From: Haplodiscus bocki
Taxonomy: Eukaryota
Assembly: GCA_965655095.1 (NCBI GenBank)
Contig: CBFHFQ010000247.1
Coordinates: 1-64,000, forward strand
Length of the DNA stretch: 64,000 bases
Reading direction: 5' to 3'
The translations under genes were made by a program, and so were the position numbers. Under the pieces are notes generated by a model. It was given only the letters and a program-made list of their open reading frames with translations. It did no database searches and was not told the origin of the DNA. Position 1 is the stretch's first letter, and every line of letters starts with the position of its first letter. Below, piece after piece: positions 41,412 to 50,569 of this stretch.

Positions 41412-41740
41412 AGTAGTGTACAAAAAAGCATTTGACACCAAGCGCGCAGGCCGCATCCTCGTCCGACACCAACCACTGAACAAAATTATAAAGATACAAA
41501 TCCTAGTTGTATAATTATAAAATAACTAATAATTAAAAAAATATATTATAATTTTCATATAAATTAATGGATACAATAAAAAATTTATACACTCTAGGAT
41601 TTGTTTTTTTTTGTGATTTTGTTCAGTGGTTGGTGTCGGACGAGGATGCGATCCTTTGTGACTGATGTCAAATGCTTTTTGTACACTACTTAGTCGTGAA
41701 AGTATACAATTATGTTGAATTAGAAATAAAATTGAAATTA
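41412..41740 (+). repeat. Left terminal inverted repeat (internally palindromic over 41412-41690)
   Basis: Reverse complement of 59240-59568, with scattered mismatches. Confidence 0.96.
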
Positions 41741-41869
41741 AAAAAATTTCTTTTAATTTGATAGTACTCTATCATGATATCAAACATTTCTTTCTCCTCT
41801 TAAAATGTATTTTTAACATGTCTAGTTTTTTCGAATTTTTCTTTTACTTTTAGCAACCATTTAATAATA

Positions 41870-44800
41870 CTAATCCCATGGGATACTTTCAACATTATTT
41901 ATATAACATCGCTTATTATCGAAAAAAGATAGTGTTGATTTTTTAACTTCTTGAAGAACCAATTCATGATTAATTGATCTAATATTATAATTATTACATT
42001 CTTGTTGATATTCTCTACCAAATAAACAATTGTAATATTCTTCAAATTTAATATTCATCGATTGAGATTTAGATATACCTTTCAATTTAATTTTACTATC
42101 ATTACCACATTTAAACGCATACAATTTACTTCGTAGACAAACAAATTCATCAATCCAAATACTTTTAGGAGTCTCAATTTTGAAAAATCCAATTATTGTT
42201 TTATTTTTATTACTGAATAGTTCATGATTTTTATTTAAGTTACTGAAATCAAATATAACTTCTAAATTTTTTAGGTCTTTGATAATATCTTTTGTTTTTA
42301 CACTTAACACAAAACTATCAGTATCCATATAATGTAATTGTATATTTTCTTGTCCAAAATAAGGTTGTAATTTATCATAATATGTTTCATACATTAATAA
42401 TTTACTCAATTCTAATACGGAAAATCCCAAGTATATCGGCTTATCCATAAGAACTTCATTTTGTTTGTGTGTATACCTATCACAATTTTCATATGACATA
42501 TGAATTCCATTGAAAGTTAATTTGGATTGTTGTTTTATTTTTTCTCTGAAGTCATCCTTCTTAACAAATTTAATTTTTAAACGATTTCGTACATTTTCTA
42601 TTGTCTTACCATAAAATGCATTATTTAATAATTTATAGAAGTCTTTTTCAAAATCATTCACTGCTTGGTTTCTTTTCTGGATATTTAAATTTATATATTT
42701 CTCTAACCATCTACTCTGTCTAAATGATATTATCTCATGAACTTTATCAACAATCATTCCCTGTCTAACATAAAATTTTAACATCCTATAATGAATCAAA
42801 TAATTTTTCTTATCCGACCAATCACATATTAATTTTTTATTTTGTATATAAGCATCAGGTATAATCTCTTTCATATAATCACTAAAATTATCAGGAATAA
42901 TTTTTTTATTCACAGGAGCAAACAGGAATTTTTTTGCTTTCTCTTTTATATTATCTGGATACTTTAAATCAGCTTCAATGAAATAACCAATGTCACTAAC
43001 ATCTGGAGTATTTAATATATCTGCTAAAGTAACATTATTATCAAATTTAATTTCATTATAGGAAATGGTTCAGACATTGAATGGCCATATAAATTATTAG
43101 CATCAATATACAATATCTTTTTATTATCATCTGATTTAATATATCTATCACCCATTACAGATGAGATACCTCCGCGTATATTATTCTCTAATAACAAAAT
43201 CTTATCTTTATCTTGAAGTGTTTGTAAGTTTATTCCCCTATATTTTAATCCGCACTGCCAAGTATAATCAGGTAAACTAACACAATATAAAGGATTGATT
43301 TCAAATTCATTAAAAGATACTATAATAAATTTCTCAAACACACATGTAAGCAAAAGTACATCACATTTCAAAAATATTTCCTTTAATTCTTCACCTTTTT
43401 TAATTTTGAATTCGCCAATAATATTCATTGTTCGTTCTATTTCTTCATCATCAGGACATTTATCTTTTAATTTACTGAAGAAGTCTTCTTTCTTAAAATT
43501 ATTAACAGGTTTTTGATAATCATCAATATTATTAAAATATTCATATGGGTATGCCAATTTTTTAGTTAAATATTTCCACATAACAGGAAATCCTGTTTTT
43601 AATATTTTAAGATCTTTTTCACCTATATATTTAAGTAAAGCTTCTTCTAAATTTTCAATTTCATCTGGATAATATTTTTTCAAATTTTTAATAGTCCTAT
43701 CATCTTCTTCTAAATTTTCAATTTCTTCTGGATAGTTTTCTTCTATTCTATTAACAATATCCATTATTTCATCACTACCAACAGTCTCTTTTTTCAAATT
43801 TTTCAATGTTTTTTTACTATTATCAACTAATGTCTTAACTAATGAATCCAAACCACTTGATAAGAATCTATAGCTATCAATGAATCTAATACAAGCATAA
43901 GTAACTGATATATACTCATCATTCGTTTTAGGTATTATATCAAATTTTACTTTATTTTTTTTATCAATCAATTTTTAAAAAACATATGACAATCATAATT
44001 ACTAAAATTATGAAATATAATTGGTATAAAATTACTTTGATCTTGAGTAACATTATAATTACATTTACTATGAGCCGAACCTCGATAATTTCCAGTCAAG
44101 TGACAATGATCTGTAACTTTATCAGATTCAATATTTTTTTCACAAAATCGACAAATGTTATTATTTCTAAAATCTTCTTCATCTTTTTGTTTCATAATGA
44201 TATCTTTCTTAGTGTTTTTAAAATAGAAAGCCATTTATTTTCTAATTTTATAACTTCATCTACAAACCAATCAACATTATTATGAGCCAGAGGAGATTTG
44301 TGATAACCACTTTGTAAAACATCATCCAATTCTGATACTCTTCTATACCCATTAAGTATTGGATTTTGTTTATAAATATTCTTTATTTTATTACCTATAA
44401 TAGAATTATCTTTCTCATTATCAGCTTCGAAATCAGCATAAATTCTAAAATATAATGGATTCTTATCAAAATGTTTTTTCCAATAAAGATGTGATTCAAT
44501 TGAAGTTTTAATAGTAGTTATTTTATCATCTCCAGATTTTTCTTTATGTTTCATTAACATATTTTCGCTTGTATATGAACTCAAGCATTGTCTACAAATA
44601 ATTTTTTTGTTATGATCCCCTAGAAACACATCTAATTTTTTATTGAGAATATAATGATTTTTGTAAATTGCTAAATCAATGACTCTATCTGAATTATTTT
44701 TACTAATCTCAATAGGTATCAATTTTTGTTTCCATTGATTCTGATCTTGATAAAAATTTATTTCAAAAATATTAACAGATAAATTATTCAATTCATTAAT

Positions 44801-45711
44801 ATTATGTACATCACTACATCTGAATCCTTTACTAAAATCGAAGCCTTGAATTTTTAACTCAGCAAAATTTTGTCTAAAATTTGAGGCTCTGTTAGGATGA
44901 TTGTTATTACAAGGATGTAAATACGCCAATATTGACCATAAGGAACAATATTTATCAATATTTTCAATATTCAAGATAGCGTTTGATCTCAAAGGAAATT
45001 TGATATAATTTGAACCATTTAATTCATTAGTTTTATAAAAAAATATTGTCATTGAATTAATTTTATCAAATCTCCATCCAGAATCTTTCATCTCTTGCTG
45101 TTGTTTTTGATATTCTAATGGTGATACAACATTAATATTATTAATATCTGTTTCTGTTAAATTATGATTAATATTCAAATTAATAATGAATTCAATTTCA
45201 TCTAATAATTCACCATCTTCATCTTGTTTATCAAATCTTGCCGAAAATACTGTTTGATTTTTGAATTTATATTGATTTATTATTCTAGCGTAAATAACAG
45301 ATAATTCTTTCATTATTTTATTAATAAATCTAAATTCTATCCCAAATTCTGGAAAAGTAGGTGTTATAGTTAATTTAGAATTTGTATGATGAAGATTATG
45401 ACTATCTAGATTAATTTTATATGCAACTTTCAAATTTCTATCAGTAAAAAAATTGGATTAATCATCTTCTTAGCTAATTCTTTATTTAAATGTCTATCAT
45501 CTAATCTAATGTTATCTCGTGCTAGCTGTCTCAACGGTTTAGGATTATATGTTTTTTTAATTTTATTTTCAACAGGTTCTTGAAACAACCATTCCGGTAT
45601 AATCAATTCATTCTGTTTCATATTTTCTATGTGTTTTTTACTTCTCAGGTGTTTTATATAGGATGCTTTATGAATATCAACATTACAAATCTCACAACTG
45701 CGGCTATTCAT
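41870..45711 (-). pseudogene. polB: Protein-primed family B DNA polymerase (pPolB), broken into five ORF pieces by frameshifts
   Basis: N-terminal C2H2 finger (CEIC...HLRSKKH), OTU-like Cys/His segment (DKYCSLWSI...HYIL), ExoI YADFEA, EndoVII-like DHCHLTGNYRGSAHSKCN, ExoII HNFSNYD, RGGIS, motif A YIDANNLYGHSM, motif B KLLNNAFYGKT, motif C YMDTDS, and KLKGI. Confidence 0.96.
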
Positions 45712-45777
45712 TTTTGCGTCTTTTTATATAGTAAGAATTACTTGAAATGATTTATTCAAGATCTCAAAATTCTCCAC

Positions 45778-46605
45778 CTACCTTAATATTGTATCACCAG
45801 GTTTAATTCCAAAATAATGATTAGGAGTTATGAAATCTTGATAATTAATATAATCATTATAATAATTTTCATATTGATTATCTATGTCTTTATTTCCATC
45901 TCTAATTTTAATAACAGTATAATATAAATCACAATAATTTATATTCATATTCTTAACTTGAGGCTTAGTCTGTAAAAATTTTATCAACAATATTACTTCA
46001 TGATAAATTTTACTAATACCTTGAGCATTTTTACTAAAAGGATATTGTTGAGTTTGAAAGTTTTTATCTTTCATTTCAATATAATAATTACTTATAATTT
46101 TATAAAATTTTAAATTTGTTTTACCTTTTAATTCTTGTAATTTATTAATCATATCTTCTGTTGAATTATAATCAGTATTAACCATATTTATATATATTTC
46201 TCTAATCTTTTTATTAGCATAATTTAATCTAGTTGAAAAATCGTGAGATTGTCTATGAACTTTTTTGTCTATCTGATGTTTTTGCTTGTTGACTATATAT
46301 TCACAATTTGTGCAATAAAAACCTTTATCAAATTCTAACCAATTATTTTGATTACAAGTAGGACAATTTGGTAATTGTTGTTGAATAATTGCTTGCTTAC
46401 TTTTAGGATAATTTTTTACTACTAATTGATCATCATTTTTGATAACTTTTTGATTCTTTCTATTCCGAGTCTCATTTTGAACTTGATATTGAGTTCTGAG
46501 AGATGTTAGAGGTTCTCGTTTGCGTAAAATAATATTTTCAGTTGGATGAATTTTATATCTGTGATCCTTCACTTCTACGTAGTATTCACCGTTTAGATAT
46601 TTCAT
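45778..46605 (-). CDS. Polinton accessory protein with zinc ribbon (CPTC...CTNC), 275 aa
   Basis: Intact ORF with TAAATG start and two CxxC pairs. Paralogous to the adjacent 172-aa ORF. Confidence 0.75.
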   Translation of the reverse strand: MKYLNGEYYVEVKDHRYKIHPTENIILRKREPLTSLRTQYQVQNETRNRKNQKVIKNDDQLVVKNYPKSKQAIIQQQLPNCPTCNQNNWLEFDKGFYCTNCEYIVNKQKHQIDKKVHRQSHDFSTRLNYANKKIREIYINMVNTDYNSTEDMINKLQELKGKTNLKFYKIISNYYIEMKDKNFQTQQYPFSKNAQGISKIYHEVILLIKFLQTKPQVKNMNINYCDLYYTVIKIRDGNKDIDNQYENYYNDYINYQDFITPNHYFGIKPGDTILR

Positions 46606-46760
46606 TTAAATGATATTTAAGTACTTACAAATATAAGAATATATATATTTATTATTCGTATATGAATACATGTATTTATACTATATTATTCAATAGCAAT
46701 TTAGAACAAGTTAACTTATTGATACAAGTATAATATTATTCAATATTCGTATATGAGTAA

Positions 46761-47279
46761 TTAAGTGATATCAATATTATATCTACAAATACTTCCCATT
46801 AAGTCGTAGTAAATTATATTCTCATAATAGGACCTATCATAATAACAAATCCATTTCATTAATCGAATACTATCATGTCCTATTCTATAAATACCAGTTG
46901 AAGTTAGAGAATATTTGTTTTGTTCGAAATTGGGATTTTTTAACATGTCTTTATATATATCGATTAAAGTATTATTTATTTTTAAATTTTTATTTTTTAA
47001 TGTTGATAAAACTTTGTATATTTCATCATAATCATCACCTTCATAATTTTTATATACATCTACACATATGGAAAATATTTTAACTTCCGCGTATTTCGAT
47101 CGATTGATAAAATTAATTTTTTTCCGTTGTATTTTAGAGAGTTCATGCTTGAGTTTGTTTACGTTATACCCGCAGACAATACAAGTAAATTCATATTCAT
47201 ATGGAAGCAAAGTATTGCGTTTGCAATGACCACAATTTTTGGCATACTTTTGTATAATTTCATCTTCAGTTAATTCCAT
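46761..47279 (-). CDS. Polinton accessory protein with zinc ribbon (CGHC...CIVC), 172 aa
   Basis: Intact ORF with two CxxC pairs followed by VNKxKH, as in its neighbour. Confidence 0.75.
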   Translation of the reverse strand: MELTEDEIIQKYAKNCGHCKRNTLLPYEYEFTCIVCGYNVNKLKHELSKIQRKKINFINRSKYAEVKIFSICVDVYKNYEGDDYDEIYKVLSTLKNKNLKINNTLIDIYKDMLKNPNFEQNKYSLTSTGIYRIGHDSIRLMKWICYYDRSYYENIIYYDLMGSICRYNIDIT

Positions 47280-47294
47280 TTTTTAAATTTTATA

Positions 47295-48152
47295 TTAGTG
47301 AATTGAATTTAGTTTCTTCATAACTTCATTCTTTTGTTCAAGAGATAGTTTAGTAGGTGAAAGGAGGTTTTGATTATATCTCTCGTGCAAATAATCACTT
47401 CTATAGCTAGGAATAGTATCATGAATTACTTCAGTTATTGTGTATAATTTATACGACCAACTTGTCGAATCACCCTTTGAGAATACTTTTTTAATATCAG
47501 CTGTACGAACTAATTTTCCTAATTTATATTTCGGTTGTTGTTTAACTCTTCGATCTTGAAGATTGGAATAGACTTTTCTTTCATTTAATTTCTTAGAAGC
47601 TTGAAAAGGGGTCATCTTCGTGGAGGTGTGGATTGTATTATTATATTGTTTAATAACAGATGGTAATTCAGATAGCCAATCAGCTCTTCCTTTCTCGAAT
47701 ACTGGTATCTTTAAAAAACTACGTACAGTTCTAATGAATCATTCAGCTATCGAAGGACACTTATCAGTAAAACGAGAATAGTGATGTATAATTTTTGATT
47801 TTAAAAAGTTTCGGAAAATACTATTATAAAACTCAGTACCTCTATCGCTTTCTAATTTGAGAGGCTTTCGTTTTGAGATTGTTAATATATTCGAAAGTTC
47901 GTTTGTGATAGTTTGACTATATTTATTTTTAAGTGGTATAGCCCATAAATATTTTGAGAAGTTGTCAATTATGATGAATATATATCTAAATCCTTTGTCA
48001 TTTGAAATTTTATTGTCAATCATATCGGCAAGATCGATACTCCATAATTCATCAATGTGGTTGTATACTATTTTATTAGTTGGATAATTTTTTCGGGGTC
48101 GAGATGAGTATATTTCATCTATAAAGATTTTAATATCATTCTTCGTGCTCAT
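47295..48152 (-). pseudogene. int: Retroviral-like (rve, DDE) integrase with one in-frame stop
   Basis: WSIDLADM...YIFIIIDNFSKY, ESDRGTEF, then IAE*FIRT (TGA at 47739-47741 replaces the Arg of the conserved ER), then YNNTIHTSTKMTP. Both listed ORFs are in the same frame. Confidence 0.95.
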
Positions 48153-48174
48153 TTAATCTGAGAAATTGATAAGC

Positions 48175-48760
48175 TTTAATGAATTGAAGTTGATAATCTA
48201 GGAAAATTTTGTTGATGATCTTTTTGCAATAAGGGCTGAGTATTCTTCCAGGAAAATGCTTCTTCTAACTCTTCGTCTTTGGATACATCAAATAAAGAAA
48301 TTGCTTTGACATGATCCATCTCAATATTACCCCAATTCATTTCTGGAGTCAACTGCCACTCAATCCATTTTCGATAAAGATCAATGACTATACCTAGGAC
48401 TTCTTTTGTAGAAGAAGATTTTGTTTTTCCTTTTTATGCTTGATGAATTCTTTGTCTCATATTACGAATTAATCGAAAGTTGACATCTGTTTTTATTCTG
48501 TTTTTAACATACTCATTCATTCGGGAACTAATTTGGTTACGATTTTGTTTATTATAAAATTTTTGTTTGTTTAGTAATCGATATTTATTTTCTACATAAT
48601 AGTTTTTATTGTAATTATTTACGCAAAATTTACATTGAGATTGTAATCCATCCTTGAATTTTGTATTTTTATAGAAACTAGATTTTATTGAAATATTTTT
48701 ACAAACACGACATTTTCTAACTAAATCATAATCAAAGAAATCTTTGATACAATTGCTCAT
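48175..48760 (-). pseudogene. HNH endonuclease (phage/giant-virus type) with one in-frame stop
   Basis: CRVC...DGLQSQCKFC zinc finger. Reading through the TAA at 48434 gives KGKTKSSSTKEVLG...TPEMNWGNIEMDHVKAISLFD...FSWKNTQPLLQKDH, the HNH core. Confidence 0.8.
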
Positions 48761-48791
48761 TTTTATTATAATAACTTTATTTGAAATGATC

Positions 48792-49317
48792 TCACATTAC
48801 CTTTAATCGAAGACCATTTCCGTGAAGGTCTGTGAGACTCAATATTTTACTTCCCGTTAACGATTTTAATATATTACTAGTTACTTGAGCTGATTGAGGA
48901 TTTTTAGTCTTCATAGCAACACCAGCTGAAATAATAGGAGTGGCTATTTTCAATTCTGGCTTTAGAAATTTACTCCACGATGTTTGGGATCCTTTGAATA
49001 TGTTTTTTTTTCATAGTATTTTTAAATCCAGCACCTTCCAATTGAAATTGGTTTGGACTAAAAGTGATATATTTCTGACATTTACACTTTGGATTATGGC
49101 ACATATCATGTAATTTGAGCACAGTACAATTTTTATTTAAATCACACCACACTGAGTTACTCATAGCTGATCTATGTCCGTGCGAACATTCAGCATTTTT
49201 AAAAACATCCTTGATAATTTTAACAAGTTTTTTAGTTCTGGGGTTGAATTTTTTATATTCAATAATATTATTTGTATCGCTTTTATGTCTGCCACCAACA
49301 CACCATGTCGTAGTCAT
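48792..49317 (-). pseudogene. Putative virion core / membrane-active precursor protein with adenain cleavage motifs (frameshifted)
   Basis: Cys/His-rich N-terminal part, then LEGA/GFKNTMKK. After a frameshift at the A-run (~49003-49011) it reads IFKGSQTSWSKFLKPELKIATPIISAGVAMK...LTGSKILSLTDLHGN/GLRLKVM*. Confidence 0.6.
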
Positions 49318-49321
49318 TTAA

Positions 49322-50038
49322 TTACTGAAAATCTGAATATTCTGGAGGAGCACTGGGTAAAATATCAATATTTGTTTTCTTTCTAGGTTTAAAAAAGTTA
49401 AATTTAATGTTTATATTTATATTCACATTATTTTTGCTAAAAAAATTATTTAATTTAGTTATTTGTTCTTGACTAAAATTATCTTTACTCATAATATCAC
49501 CGAAAACGTCTTCAACCTTGAATTGTGTATTTTTCACAATTTCAGATCTTTTATCAATATAATGATTATAAATCTTTTTCAACTCTTGTGCTTCTTTTTC
49601 ATCAACCTTCTTATCAAGCATCGATTCTTTCAAAGTTTTTTCATAAAGAAGTGTAATAACATTAATCCAATCTCGTAGCTTAGTATATCTTATTTTTAAT
49701 TTTGATATGTATTCATTAGTGATTAAGATAGCAATACTAGTTAACAAAGCTGTACTGCTTGAAATAATAATAACAGCTCCAGGATTAAACAATCCCAATG
49801 TTGAAGTACTTTTTGCCGATCCTGAGCCGATCACAATTTCGGTGATAAATAACAATGTCTTTTTTTTATTTAAACTTTTAAATTTCTTTTTATAATAATC
49901 ATTATCAACCTTCAGAGATTTAAATAAATTTTCATGATCATGTTTTTCTGTTTGATATTTTAAACTTTTAATTTCGTCATTACGTGTTTTTATTTTTAAT
50001 AATTCTGGTTCGTCTTTTAAATTCGGATAACTTGTCAT
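49322..50038 (-). CDS. Membrane-associated protein (coiled coil plus hydrophobic hairpin; adintovirus 'gasdermin-X'-like) with late-domain motifs
   Basis: 238-aa ORF with hydrophobic segments LLFITEIVIGSGS and GAVIIISSSTALLTSIAILI. N-terminal YPNL and C-terminal PSAPPEY. Confidence 0.7.
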   Translation of the reverse strand: MTSYPNLKDEPELLKIKTRNDEIKSLKYQTEKHDHENLFKSLKVDNDYYKKKFKSLNKKKTLLFITEIVIGSGSAKSTSTLGLFNPGAVIIISSSTALLTSIAILITNEYISKLKIRYTKLRDWINVITLLYEKTLKESMLDKKVDEKEAQELKKIYNHYIDKRSEIVKNTQFKVEDVFGDIMSKDNFSQEQITKLNNFFSKNNVNININIKFNFFKPRKKTNIDILPSAPPEYSDFQ

Positions 50039-50068
50039 TTATTAATAGAAAAATAAGTATTTATACAA

Positions 50069-50296
50069 TTATATTGATTGGTCTGAAAATTGTTTTTCTA
50101 ACAAATCCATCGCGATATGCTCTTTTAATATTCTCTGTCTGTATAATTTTTCAAGAGCAAGATTTCTAATAATCTCAATTTCATGATCAGTAAATTTGGA
50201 CTGTTTTAATATATTTGGCTCAACTAAACTTAACATTAAAATAAGGCTTCGTTCATGTCTAACATCTTCAAATATACTATTGAAGTAAGCTTCCAT
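50069..50296 (-). CDS. Small hypothetical protein (75 aa), paralog of the adjacent ORF
   Basis: Intact and directly abuts the upstream ORF (TAG-ATG). Shares a YFxxIFE start and hydrophobic pattern with it. Confidence 0.6.
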   Translation of the reverse strand: MEAYFNSIFEDVRHERSLILMLSLVEPNILKQSKFTDHEIEIIRNLALEKLYRQRILKEHIAMDLLEKQFSDQSI

Positions 50297-50539
50297 CTAC
50301 TTATTCAAAATTCTCTCGATAATAGATTCTTCTTCGTTTTTCATAAAAGATTGATAATCTTCAAATTCTTCTAATAATATATTTTTAAACTCTAAATTTA
50401 AACGATTAACATTATTTTTACTAAATCCTATTTCGTTTAATAAATTTTTATCATTTTGAATTAAAAATATCAACAAAACTATTTTTTTATAATCTTGAAT
50501 AGATTCGAATATATCTTTAAAATAATTTGAGTTATCCAT
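50297..50539 (-). CDS. Small acidic hypothetical protein (80 aa)
   Basis: Intact ORF within the co-oriented gene array. Confidence 0.6.
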   Translation of the reverse strand: MDNSNYFKDIFESIQDYKKIVLLIFLIQNDKNLLNEIGFSKNNVNRLNLEFKNILLEEFEDYQSFMKNEEESIIERILNK

Positions 50540-50569
50540 TTGAAATATATAAAAGTATTTATATGAGTT

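Noticed and set aside
41412-41690. Two independent MITE insertions flanking the viral genes
   Set aside because: Left-right similarity extends ~50 bp beyond the hairpin unit. The 6-bp TSD flanks the whole 18-kb element, not each unit.
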